From Rhodothermales bacterium (GTDB lineage: Bacteria; Bacteroidota; Rhodothermia; Rhodothermales; VXPQ01), in contig OZ252093.1 of NCBI GenBank assembly GCA_965248175.1, forward strand, positions 2,681,108-2,745,107: a stretch of 64,000 nucleotides of DNA, in the 5' to 3' direction. Below the pieces are notes generated by a model that ran no database searches, had not been told where the DNA came from, and worked only from the letters and a program-made list of their open reading frames with translations. Within the stretch, counting starts at the first letter, position 1. Every line of letters starts with the position of its first letter. The position numbers and the translations under genes were made by a program. Below, piece after piece: positions 19,525-29,203 of this stretch.

Positions 19525-21288
19525 CTACGGGACGACAGGCAATGCAGTCCGGGACACGATACCCTCCCCCTCAAGCAAATATACCTCATGGCCGGCCGCC
19601 AATCCGGTATGACGCGCCATCCGACCATCCGGCCAACGCACGGTGAGCGTATCGACCCGATCCGCCGGCCCCAAGCCGAACGTCAGGGTCTTTTCCGACT
19701 GCGAGAGATACCCGGAACCTGTCCGCACCCGGCGCACCTGCCGCACACCGCCCGCTGTGACCGTCACCTGAGTACCCAGTGCATCGCGATTGCCCGCTCC
19801 ATCCCCCTGACGCCCCTCAAGACGTACGCGCAACACATGCCCGCCGCCAGAAGAATCGTTGCGCAACAGGCGAACCGGACCATTGTTTTCGGTCACCAGC
19901 AAGTCCACATCTCCATCGCGGTCATAATCGGCCTTTGCCACAGCCCGGGCTACCATAGCCTCCCTGAATACGCCGCCAATGGAATCAGCCATATCCACCC
20001 ACGTTCCGCCCCCCTCGTTTACAAACAGGTGCGGCGGCTGCTTGTACGCCGACCCATCGATCGGATCGAGGTACACATGCCCGTTGGCCACGTACAGGTC
20101 AAGGTCGCCATCCAGCTCGGCGTCGAAGAGCAGCACCCCGAAAGCGAGCGTGGTAAGGCTGGGCCTCCCGATGCGGGACGCCGCTGCGCGATCGGCAAAC
20201 CACCCGCTCGCCGTACGCCGGTATACCCCGATCATTTCACTGGAAAAATTGCCCACGAAAACAGACGGCATGCCCGTCGTATCCACGATCCCGATATCCA
20301 CGCCCATCCCGGCACGGGCTTCCCCGTGTTCCCCATAGGCAATGCCACTGTAAACCCCTTGCTCGGTGAAAGCGCCGTGTCCGTCGTTGATGTACAACAG
20401 GTCCGGCTCCCCATCGTTCACCACCACCAGGTCAGACCAGCCGTCCTCGTTAAAATCCCATTCGGCAACAGCCAGCGACTTGCCGGGCGTATCCGAAAAA
20501 CCGCTTGCGTGCGTACGCTCGGTGAACGTACCGTCTCCGTTGTTATGGTAGAAATAACTCCGGGCGCCCGGGTACATGGCGGGGCGGCAATAGTCCGATC
20601 GCCCGTCCGCCCGAAAACATTCCAGGTCACTGGAAAGCGACCACAAGGCGTAACCGGGCACGTAAAGGTCGAGGTGTCCGTCCCGGTCGGCGTCAAAAAA
20701 CAGCGGCGAACTGCTCCATCCGGCGGGACCTGCCACGCCCGCGGTACGCCCTGTCTCAGTAAAAAACCGTGCCCCCGACGGCCCGGGATCATTGCGGAAA
20801 AGCAGATTCTCTCCGAAGGCCGCAAGAAAAATATCCTGATCGCCGTCGTTGTCGTAATCGGCTGCGGTTACCCCGGTTCCCCAGGCGCGGGCATCGTCCA
20901 GCCCCGCTTCACGGGTAACGTCGGTAAACGTCCCGTCCCGGTTGTTGTGAAAAAGGCGCAAGGCGCGTACGCCCGCCGGTCCCGTCGGCGACAGACTCCC
21001 GCCGCCCACCAGTACAATATCTTCCCAGCCGTCCGCGTCGTAATCCAGAAATCCGCCCCCGGCGCCCATCTGTTCGGGAAACCAGAAACGATCTTCGCTT
21101 CCGTTTTCGTGCCGGAAATCGCCCAGACCGGCGACCGGAGCTACGTCATGAAATGCAATGGGCAGAAGCCCCTCGGGCGGATTTCCCTGCTCATCCCCTC
21201 CGCATCCGCCGATAATCCCCCCCCCTGTCGCGATGAAAATCGCTACCCAGATGTCCTCACGCAGACGCACCGCCGGGAAGGTCATCAA
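19525..21288 (-). CDS. CRTAC1/ASPIC-UnbV family FG-GAP repeat lipoprotein (paralog of 15977-17857)
   Basis: DYDADGWEDI, DYDNDGDQDI, ARAGMGVDIG, NRDALGTQV...GSGYLSQS...TFGLG; lipobox-like IIGGC. Confidence 0.9.
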   Translation of the reverse strand: MMTFPAVRLREDIWVAIFIATGGGIIGGCGGDEQGNPPEGLLPIAFHDVAPVAGLGDFRHENGSEDRFWFPEQMGAGGGFLDYDADGWEDIVLVGGGSLSPTGPAGVRALRLFHNNRDGTFTDVTREAGLDDARAWGTGVTAADYDNDGDQDIFLAAFGENLLFRNDPGPSGARFFTETGRTAGVAGPAGWSSSPLFFDADRDGHLDLYVPGYALWSLSSDLECFRADGRSDYCRPAMYPGARSYFYHNNGDGTFTERTHASGFSDTPGKSLAVAEWDFNEDGWSDLVVVNDGEPDLLYINDGHGAFTEQGVYSGIAYGEHGEARAGMGVDIGIVDTTGMPSVFVGNFSSEMIGVYRRTASGWFADRAAASRIGRPSLTTLAFGVLLFDAELDGDLDLYVANGHVYLDPIDGSAYKQPPHLFVNEGGGTWVDMADSIGGVFREAMVARAVAKADYDRDGDVDLLVTENNGPVRLLRNDSSGGGHVLRVRLEGRQGDGAGNRDALGTQVTVTAGGVRQVRRVRTGSGYLSQSEKTLTFGLGPADRVDTLTVRWPDGRMARHTGLAAGHEVYLLEGEGIVSRTALPVVP

Positions 21289-21345
21289 GAAAAAAGAAAC
21301 GTCGGAAAAGACCCGGGGCGGTTACGAAGACCGGTGCGTCGTCAC

Positions 21346-22365
21346 TCAGAAGGTCAAACTGACGCCCATGCGGTGAACGGCGCCGAAGAGGCCGAAATCT
21401 GTGTAGGCGTAATCCGCCGAGAAACCGACGACCGAGGTGCCGTACTGCACCCCTCCTCCGAAACTGAGGCTCTGCTCGTCGGTCGGATACGTGTATCCAG
21501 CCCGCAACGACAGAATGTTCCTCAGCGTGTACTCACCGCCTGCCTTAAGCTGTTCGGCAAAGTCGCGCGGGCGCTCCGCTTCCACCGAAAGCCGGAAAGC
21601 GTGCATATTCGGATCCATGTCCGTCAGATCAAGCATATTCATTGACAGGCCCACATTGAAGGTGAGCGGCAACTCGAAATTCTCGTCCACATACCGGAGC
21701 TCCCTGGAGAAATTCCGTACGCTCATGGCAAGATTCAGGCTGCGAAAACCCGTCTTGTAGAGCATCCCGAAGTCGAATGCGGTCGTGGAAACCTTGTTTT
21801 CTTCGGTCGTCCCGGCCGCCGACACCACCGCCGCGCCGAGATCCTGGGAAACGTACTTCGCATTGGCGCCCACAGAGAATCGGTCGGTCACGCCCAGGGC
21901 GTACCCTATGCCGATCGCCATGGATGACGGACTCGGGTCGGGTACGTTTTTCATCTCACTATACTCCATGTACCCTCTCTCATTGGCGGCGGCCACCGTA
22001 GCGATGACGCTCCCGTAGTCGGAAAACATCAGCGACGCCCCGAATATCCCGTAGCTGGTATTCACCGCAGCGCTTGCAGCATTGTACGTAATGTCTGCGA
22101 TCCAGTTCGTGATCCCGAAACCCGCGCTGAACCGACGATCCAGCCGGGCCATACCCGCCGGGTTGTAGAACATGGCGGCCGACGAATTAAAATCGGCGGC
22201 TGTCATGGCATCACTCAAGGCAGCAGCGCGGGGGCTGAGGGATATCTCCAGGAACTTGAAACTCGTTTGCGCGAGTTTGTCCGTACCGACATCCTCCGTC
22301 GAAGTCTGAGCAAACGCCCCCGGCGCAAGGAAAAGAAGAAGCGCCAGAATGCCGATCCGTTTCAT
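21346..22365 (-). CDS. PorV/PorQ-like (UPF0164) outer-membrane beta-barrel
   Basis: MKRIGILALLL signal peptide; FKFLEISLSPRAAALSDA, AMFYNPAGMA, LSLRAGY, ADYAYTDFG...HRMGVSLTF. Confidence 0.8.
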   Translation of the reverse strand: MKRIGILALLLFLAPGAFAQTSTEDVGTDKLAQTSFKFLEISLSPRAAALSDAMTAADFNSSAAMFYNPAGMARLDRRFSAGFGITNWIADITYNAASAAVNTSYGIFGASLMFSDYGSVIATVAAANERGYMEYSEMKNVPDPSPSSMAIGIGYALGVTDRFSVGANAKYVSQDLGAAVVSAAGTTEENKVSTTAFDFGMLYKTGFRSLNLAMSVRNFSRELRYVDENFELPLTFNVGLSMNMLDLTDMDPNMHAFRLSVEAERPRDFAEQLKAGGEYTLRNILSLRAGYTYPTDEQSLSFGGGVQYGTSVVGFSADYAYTDFGLFGAVHRMGVSLTF

Positions 22366-22448
22366 GTAGTTGCAATGTGTCATTGAATCTCCTCGATTTG
22401 AGGCTTCGGTTTGGCAAGCAACGGGTAGAAACCGCTGTGACCGCATAT

Positions 22449-24680
22449 CTATCGAATGACGATGAATTTCTGGATGGCTTGCTCGTTCGTAGCGAGGTTG
22501 GTGATGACGGCAATGTAAATGCCGCTCGCAACCACCTGCCGCGAAGAGGTCGTCATATCCCAGAACTCGTCACCACTTCCGTCAAGGTGATCGATGGTCC
22601 TGATCAGCTCGCCCAGTTCGGAGTATATCTCGATACGAGACTCTCCGGGAATCTCGTAAAAAGCCATACGGTCCTGCACATCGAGACGTACGGCCGGATC
22701 GGCGCCGAGATGATAGGGATTCGGAACAATACGCACCTCGCTCAGCGATTGCCCGGGCGGACGCCGCAGGAACGCGGGGCTATAGATCTGCGCATAGTAG
22801 CGATTGGTCCTCGTACCGTCGCTGCCGACACCCTGCAGGTAGTAGTAGTAGGAGCCACCTCGCACCACATCCGTGTCCTCATAACTCGTCGCACCGCCCG
22901 GCAGAGTCTGGACCAGTGCATACGCACGCGCCTGATCCGGCACGGCCAGCCCGTCAGACCCCACTTCGAGAGCCGTCACAATCCCGGAGTAGTGCTTCTG
23001 GGCCCGGTAGAGTTCCCACGCGGCCGGCGCCTGCGAGGCGGTCCACGCGATGTCGATTTTATCCGTTCCGGACGTCACGATGAACGAGGAGGGCGGCGCG
23101 GGCGGGTGCGGTGCATTTAACCCTCCCCGGTAGTTATCGATGGCGCGCTGGAACATCTGAAACATCGAATCGCGCGCCGTCATAAACCACTCATTCTTCG
23201 TCATCGCCTCGTCGGTATCGATCACCCCGTTACCGTTGGCATCGAACTCGATAATCATGTCGTCATCCCAGCCGGATAATTTGTAGGTCCGGCCGATGTC
23301 CCACGCTGCTTCGTCGCTCAGTCCTGCAATGCCTTCCGCAATGACGACCTTCACCTCCTCGCCAAACGCTATGTCGTAGGGTCCGAAGGCCTGTACAAAC
23401 CCGAAGCCGCCGGCGCCGCCACCAAAGGTGGGGTCAGCCGTCTGGTTGGCAAAGTCGGGGTCCTCGTCATAGGGAGTGCTCGCCGTTTGCCCTTGAACGA
23501 GTCGTGCCTGTGTCGGCCAGCTACGTGGAACGCATTCTGGCGTGCCCGGCTCGGCAACCTTCCCGGTGGGTACCGGCGCGGAGCCACACTCGAACCACTG
23601 GTACTCCAACGCCATATTCGTCTCGTTGTTGTGATCCGAGGTACTGGTGAGATCACCGAAGTCCGAGTTCAAATACGATACCATGCTCGGTTGCCCCCGG
23701 TCATCGGGCGAGGATTGTCCTTCGGCATGCGCCTCCGTATCCGCATGAACGGTCACGACGCCCGTGAAATTGGCGCTGCCAAGGCGGCCCAACGTATCGG
23801 CGGGTATCGGATTCCTGCGGTGGTTGGCCCAGAAGGGGTTGCCGAGCGTGTTCAACGGGAATCCGGTAGCTTCCTTGATATTGCCCAGCCATGCGAACGA
23901 CGCGCGAAGATCGACGCCGTAATCGCTGAGGCCATCGCCGACGGCGTCGTTCATGGTGTACTGCCCCCAGGCGACTCCGCCGGCGCTGTTGTCCCAGGCG
24001 CCCGCAAATCCGGCGCCCGTCGGACGTTCGAGGAACATGACGTAAACGCCCTCCAGATCATTCTCCGCCTCGATATCGGGGTCGCCGTCCTGGTCGCCCG
24101 TGTTGACAAACGTATACTCGATAAGGTGATAGTTTTCGTGGTCTGGATGGCTCCACTGCATCGCTGCCCGGTTCACCGTCAAGCCGATGGAGGTATTGAT
24201 CTTCGAGACTACCATGCGGTCGGGCGCCATGCCGGGATCGATCTGGTCGGGGATCACGGGCTGCAGGAACGTGTCGAACCCGTCCACCTCCACCGTCGTC
24301 GGTTCGTATCGGGAATACAGGGCATGTGAATTTGTAACACTGAACACCTCCCCGATGCCGGGCACACGGGGGCCCGTGTGCGAAACGCGGATGGGAAAAG
24401 TCTTCCCGCCTTCCACGTCCTGCACGTTTTTTGCCCCGACCCAGAATCCCTTCCAACGGCTATAACCCGCACTGGGCCGGATGGCCGGGTAATTCCAGAC
24501 CACATTGCTTCTTTCGGGATTGGCTCCTCCGGACAGGTACCAACTCTGGAGGTCACCAACATTGAGCCATTTGGGGATCCACTGGGCTTTCGCCTCCTCA
24601 ATGGGCCCGGCCAGCGACAACACCAGCGCCAGGCCGGCTGCCATGCATCCCCATGTGCGGATGGATTGAACGATTCGCAT
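22449..24680 (-). CDS. Secreted protein with Fn3-like domain and T9SS-type C-terminal domain
   Basis: Signal peptide; PHPPAPP linker, DIAW...YEDTDV...YYYY Fn3-like; EVRIVPNPY...IYSELGELIRTI...WD...VASGIYIAVI...KFIVIR CTD. Confidence 0.75.
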   Translation of the reverse strand: MRIVQSIRTWGCMAAGLALVLSLAGPIEEAKAQWIPKWLNVGDLQSWYLSGGANPERSNVVWNYPAIRPSAGYSRWKGFWVGAKNVQDVEGGKTFPIRVSHTGPRVPGIGEVFSVTNSHALYSRYEPTTVEVDGFDTFLQPVIPDQIDPGMAPDRMVVSKINTSIGLTVNRAAMQWSHPDHENYHLIEYTFVNTGDQDGDPDIEAENDLEGVYVMFLERPTGAGFAGAWDNSAGGVAWGQYTMNDAVGDGLSDYGVDLRASFAWLGNIKEATGFPLNTLGNPFWANHRRNPIPADTLGRLGSANFTGVVTVHADTEAHAEGQSSPDDRGQPSMVSYLNSDFGDLTSTSDHNNETNMALEYQWFECGSAPVPTGKVAEPGTPECVPRSWPTQARLVQGQTASTPYDEDPDFANQTADPTFGGGAGGFGFVQAFGPYDIAFGEEVKVVIAEGIAGLSDEAAWDIGRTYKLSGWDDDMIIEFDANGNGVIDTDEAMTKNEWFMTARDSMFQMFQRAIDNYRGGLNAPHPPAPPSSFIVTSGTDKIDIAWTASQAPAAWELYRAQKHYSGIVTALEVGSDGLAVPDQARAYALVQTLPGGATSYEDTDVVRGGSYYYYLQGVGSDGTRTNRYYAQIYSPAFLRRPPGQSLSEVRIVPNPYHLGADPAVRLDVQDRMAFYEIPGESRIEIYSELGELIRTIDHLDGSGDEFWDMTTSSRQVVASGIYIAVITNLATNEQAIQKFIVIR

Positions 24681-24726
24681 AATGTCTCTCGGTCTTCAGG
24701 ATGTCAGGAATGGTTGCCGGCTATGT

Positions 24727-27700
24727 TCAGAAGGATATCCGCAAGCCGAAGAACACGTTGCGCGGGTTCAGGAACTGGCTGGACATCCGGTTCGGCATGT
24801 TGATGTATGCCTTGTCCTCCAACACCTGGTCCACTTTGCCCTGGTCCGCAGCCGCAAAGGAACCGTCGCTCCACTCGTAATACTTGTTCTCTTCCGGCAC
24901 ATAATAGAGCGGCCCTCCTTCGCCGGCCCCCGGCAACTGCCCTTCAACGATAGGCACATAGGCCACGTCCGGCTTCCGAAAATCACCCGGCCGGTCGTCT
25001 CCGTAGAGCCCGGCGTCAGGAGAATCGGGAAGTGTGGATTGCGGAAGGTGCAGCGACCCCATATACCGCGACAGATCCTGGTCGCCAGCGCCGAAGAGTG
25101 CGCCGCCCGCAAAGTACAGGTGGCGGATGTTGAGCACGTTCGTCATGTCCACGAAGAACTGGGCGGAGCCGAGGCTGGTGTTGAAGCTCTTGCTGAAACG
25201 CATGTCGAGCGTGTAGTAGTCTTTCCAGCGAACATTCCCTTGCAGTTCGCGGGGGCCGCTGCCTGTAGCACCAGTCAGATTTAGACCGTCCCAGGTCATG
25301 GACACTCCCTGACGCCATTCGCCGAGGAAGTTGATACGCCAGTCGCCGAGCGGATAACTGCCCCCGACTTGAGGGCCGATCTCTTGCGGAAAGAGAAACT
25401 CAAGGTTGAACCGCGCAAAGGGCTCGGGGATTGGCTTGCTCGTGTAGTGCTCCTCCGTGGTCGTGACGAAGTTCTGTTGCGCCGTGCGGTTCTCGTCAAA
25501 CCGGCTGAACCCGAAATTGCCCGTCTTTCGCACCATGTACGTGTAATTGACGAATCCGCGGATCCACTGGCCCCGGTTCCTCGTGAGCGTAACCTCGAAG
25601 CCGCGCACATCGCCGTAGTTCCAGGGCAGGGCGGTGGTATATCTGACCAGGTCGTCGAGGCTGATGTACTGGACATTGCGCGGCTGGTTACCCAGATCCC
25701 GGTAGTACCCGGCCAAGCGCAGCAGGTACTGGTTGAACAGGCTCTGGTCGAAACCCAGTTCGTAGGCCACCGTTCTCGGCATCGGGTGGTTGGGGTTGCC
25801 GATGTTCACGAGCGCGCCGGCGGATCCTTCCTCGATGTTGAAGAGCCTCATGGGGTTGAGTGCGTTCCGGAAATGGCCGTAGTTGAAATACAACTTGCTG
25901 TCGTCCGTGACCGGGAAGGAGATGCCGATGCGGGGACTCAGGGCAAGCTGACGCTGCGTGGGTTCCTGATCAAGCAGTTCGTCGATGTGGGCCCGCCCGA
26001 TGGCCGCTGAAAACGTGCGCTCGTACGTGTCGTACGTGTACCAGTCTCCGCCCGCATGGAAATAATCCAGCCGCACGCCCACATTGGCGACCATGCCCCG
26101 GAATTCGAGTTTCGACTGGGCATACGCCGCGGCTTGCTGTGGCTTGCGGTTCCAGAGCCGCTTGGGATTCGTATGGTGCGGGTGCTCCGGATCGTTCTCA
26201 CCGAAATCGGTATCGTAGTTCGAGTAGATGTACTCGACGCCCGCCTTGCCCAAAAGGAAACGGTTGCGCTGGCTGGTGACGTCGAACCGGCCCGTGAAGC
26301 GGTTTACGCTCGAATTATCGTACCCGCTGCCCCAGTGGCCCGACGTGCGGATGCCCAGCACTTTATCGAACTGGTCCTTGATGCTGAAGCCGTAAGGCTC
26401 TTCGTTGAGCATGATCCCCCCGTTCAAATAGGGGTAGGTCGGCTCAAGGTTCCGAGGTTCGATCGTGCGCGTATCATAGTCGGTGGTGACGTTCTGGAGC
26501 TGCACCTCGTAGAAGGTGTTCGCGTTCAGCGCGTGCGTGAACTGTGCGCCGAGCATCAGGCGGTCGACATCCATCAGGTTGTACAGCATGGGGGAGAAGT
26601 ACCCTCCGAATTGATCGATTTCTTCGTCGTCCTGCCAGCCGTACATCGATTGGTGGAGACCCGAGCTTTGCCAGGGGTAATACAGCCTGTCGCCCGTCGT
26701 GAGATCGGGCCACCCTGATTCATTACGATTGAGCCCCATTTGCTGTCCGTAGAGCCCGGAGAGCGTGAGTTTCATGCCGGGGGAGAAGTTCGAGATCAGT
26801 TTGGCCTGGCCGGTGCGTTCCTGGAACGCGTCCCGCGCATGCCCACCGAACGCATAGGCCGTCTGTGTCTGCCGGAACGAGGCCGTGAACCGCAGGTCGC
26901 CGAGCAGGTTACTCAGCACCGGCACCGGCCCCCCAATGGTAGCGTCGACTTCGTAGTCGGGCGCTTGCACCGATATGTCGTTCCGCAGGTAGTGATCGAA
27001 AAAGACCGACTGCAGCTGCTGACCCGTAAAATTGGTTCCCTCTCGACCATTATAGCCCTCCGCTATCGCGTCCCATCCCGCAAACGTGTAGTATTCCGTC
27101 TGCATCCAGGACGGCCACGCTCCTGTTCCCGCAAACGTCGTAACCGAATCCACGAGCGGGCGGATGTAGAAACTCGTTTCGGAGCTCAACATGTCAACGT
27201 CATTGCCCTCGACATCGACGCCCGGGAAGTTTTTCTGCGACGTTGGGCTGTAGCGCACAATGGCGTCTACGAAGTACTGGTTCCGCTCCGGCTCTTTCGT
27301 AACGACATTAACAAGCCCCGAACGCACATTGCCGTATTCCGCATTGAAACCGCCCGTCTGCACCTGAACTTCCTGTACAGAGGTATAACTCACGCCCGTA
27401 TACGGCGTGTTGTCGCGCCCGCTGGCCATCGACAGGCCGTCCACCATGAACTGGATCTGGTCGCCGCCGAAGCCACGCACGGTAAGACCCCGCTCGAAAC
27501 CAGCCTGCAACCCGATAACCCTTTCAATGTCGGTCACCGGAAGGTTCTCTATTTCTTCCGCCGTAATGTTCGCCACGCTGGCCGAAACGTCGCGTTGCAC
27601 GACAGGCCGCACATCCGTAACGACCACCTCCTCGAGGCCGACCGCTTCTTCCTGCAGGACAAAGTCAATCTCGGTCGTCAGGCCGATATTGACTCGGACA

Positions 27701-27957
27701 CCCTCATGCACCTCGGGGGCGAATCCGATGAACGAAGCCCTGAGATCGTGCGATCCGGGACGCACGTTCACGATGAAGTAATAGCCGTCCGCATCGGTAA
27801 TGGCGCCCTGCGTCGTGCCCGAAATGGACACGTTTACACCGGGTAACGCCTCGCCGGTTGAAGATTCCGTGGCCTGACCGGCGATTTTACCTGTTTGGGC
27901 CCAGGCAGAGGCTGGAAGAAAGAGAGCAAGCGCAAACAGTAGCTTTGCGAATCTCAT
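24727..27957 (-). CDS. TonB-dependent receptor (1076 aa)
   Basis: AQTGKIAG...LPGVNV, VRGFGG...QTGGFNAEYGNVRSGLVNVVTKE plug, SPRIGISFPVT, C-terminal FGLRISF. Confidence 0.92.
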   Translation of the reverse strand: MRFAKLLFALALFLPASAWAQTGKIAGQATESSTGEALPGVNVSISGTTQGAITDADGYYFIVNVRPGSHDLRASFIGFAPEVHEGVRVNIGLTTEIDFVLQEEAVGLEEVVVTDVRPVVQRDVSASVANITAEEIENLPVTDIERVIGLQAGFERGLTVRGFGGDQIQFMVDGLSMASGRDNTPYTGVSYTSVQEVQVQTGGFNAEYGNVRSGLVNVVTKEPERNQYFVDAIVRYSPTSQKNFPGVDVEGNDVDMLSSETSFYIRPLVDSVTTFAGTGAWPSWMQTEYYTFAGWDAIAEGYNGREGTNFTGQQLQSVFFDHYLRNDISVQAPDYEVDATIGGPVPVLSNLLGDLRFTASFRQTQTAYAFGGHARDAFQERTGQAKLISNFSPGMKLTLSGLYGQQMGLNRNESGWPDLTTGDRLYYPWQSSGLHQSMYGWQDDEEIDQFGGYFSPMLYNLMDVDRLMLGAQFTHALNANTFYEVQLQNVTTDYDTRTIEPRNLEPTYPYLNGGIMLNEEPYGFSIKDQFDKVLGIRTSGHWGSGYDNSSVNRFTGRFDVTSQRNRFLLGKAGVEYIYSNYDTDFGENDPEHPHHTNPKRLWNRKPQQAAAYAQSKLEFRGMVANVGVRLDYFHAGGDWYTYDTYERTFSAAIGRAHIDELLDQEPTQRQLALSPRIGISFPVTDDSKLYFNYGHFRNALNPMRLFNIEEGSAGALVNIGNPNHPMPRTVAYELGFDQSLFNQYLLRLAGYYRDLGNQPRNVQYISLDDLVRYTTALPWNYGDVRGFEVTLTRNRGQWIRGFVNYTYMVRKTGNFGFSRFDENRTAQQNFVTTTEEHYTSKPIPEPFARFNLEFLFPQEIGPQVGGSYPLGDWRINFLGEWRQGVSMTWDGLNLTGATGSGPRELQGNVRWKDYYTLDMRFSKSFNTSLGSAQFFVDMTNVLNIRHLYFAGGALFGAGDQDLSRYMGSLHLPQSTLPDSPDAGLYGDDRPGDFRKPDVAYVPIVEGQLPGAGEGGPLYYVPEENKYYEWSDGSFAAADQGKVDQVLEDKAYINMPNRMSSQFLNPRNVFFGLRISF

Positions 27958-28110
27958 GTGCGGGATCCTCCAGATATGGTTTAGGTGGAAATCCGTTATT
28001 AATTAAGGAGTTCAGTGCGCAATGCGGACACTAACATCCCTGCTCGACATGCATCGCATAACCCGAGCAAGTACATCTTACGCCTTTGTGAAACAAAAAA
28101 CAAGAAGAAG

Positions 28111-28121
28111 TTTTTTTTTTT
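28111..28121. repeat. T11 homopolymer upstream of the TBDR operon
   Basis: 11 consecutive T about 160 bp upstream of ATG 27957, in an A/T quasi-palindrome. Confidence 0.8.
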
Positions 28122-28202
28122 GCTTTGATCTTTTGTATTAGCCGGAACGATCCATATTGCCGAAACATGTTTTGATTGGCCCGTCTCAAGGAGGCCCGAC
28201 TT

Positions 28203-29163
28203 TTAATTTTCTTCCGGCGAACGGAAGCCCGCTTCCTCGATCGCCTCGACCGGCGGAAGCCACTGTCTGTAAAGACGGTATCCCGCCCCGACGAATCCGA
28301 ACCCGTTTTGGACATTGCGCATCACGTTCGGCTGCACCAGAATTTCCTCATCGAATATTCCTCCAGGCGGATCCCAGGCCTCGTTGGCCGCAATCAGCCG
28401 CAACGTCACGCTCAACAGAATGACGCCCACGCGCAAATCGATGCCTACATCGACCTGCTGCGCAATGCTGGCAGTGATTTCCAGAAAATCCTGCCGCAAG
28501 TCAACCGGGACAATCCAGCCTCCGTCCGTCTTCTCGTGCTTGAGGAGATAAGGAATGACGATGTTGTTCGATTCGATATCCGCCTCGTCGCTGCGCTTGT
28601 ACGCCACGGCATAACTGACCTCCACTTGCACGAGGCCGGCCACATCCCCTCGAACGAATACCGGCTGCACCACGGAAGAAAGACGAATAACCGGCTCCCG
28701 GAGAATGATTTCCGCCTCAGGCGGCACCGTCACCTCGACCATGGATTCCGCACCGTCCGAACGGGTCGCCACAATCCGGTAGGTATGCCCTCCCCGATCC
28801 CCCGTTGTGACAATGCCGGGTTGCGTAGACAGATTAGGTGGCAAGATCGCCGGTCACGTCCTGTTCCGGCACGTATTCGATATCGGCGGCCCGGATCGTC
28901 TGCTGACCGGCTGTCACACGGGCGCCGCCGTCCTGTTCCAGCGGTTGTCCATCCGTAACATCGGTGACGAACCCGCTGACAGAAGCCTGCTGCGCCTGCA
29001 CATTGCCCAGTGCAAGCAAAAAACCCAGCCCACAAAATACTCCCGCCCACAGCATGACCGCACGCCGTACAAAAGGCCGGGGGGGTACATCCATATGCAG
29101 GAAATCTTCGGGAGCGTTGCGCAACCGTTCGTTCCCCATGTCAACTCCAAACTTCACGGCCAC
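28203..29163 (-). pseudogene. Internally deleted paralog of the TBDR + lipoprotein pair (12426-14714 / 11328-12416)
   Basis: AQQASVSGFVTD...QDGGARVTAGQQTIR...GDLAT(fs)LSTQPGIVTTGDRGG fused directly to HTYRIVATRSDG...NVQNGFGFVGAG. Confidence 0.85.
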
Positions 29164-29203
29164 CCCTGTTTATTGCACGGCCGGAAAGCCGTTCATGCCA
29201 TTT

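Noticed and set aside
16043-21645. Long plus-strand ORFs 16043..17815, 18231..19310 and 19333..21645
   Set aside because: Antisense shadows of ASPIC and TPR genes, expected in GC-rich DNA.
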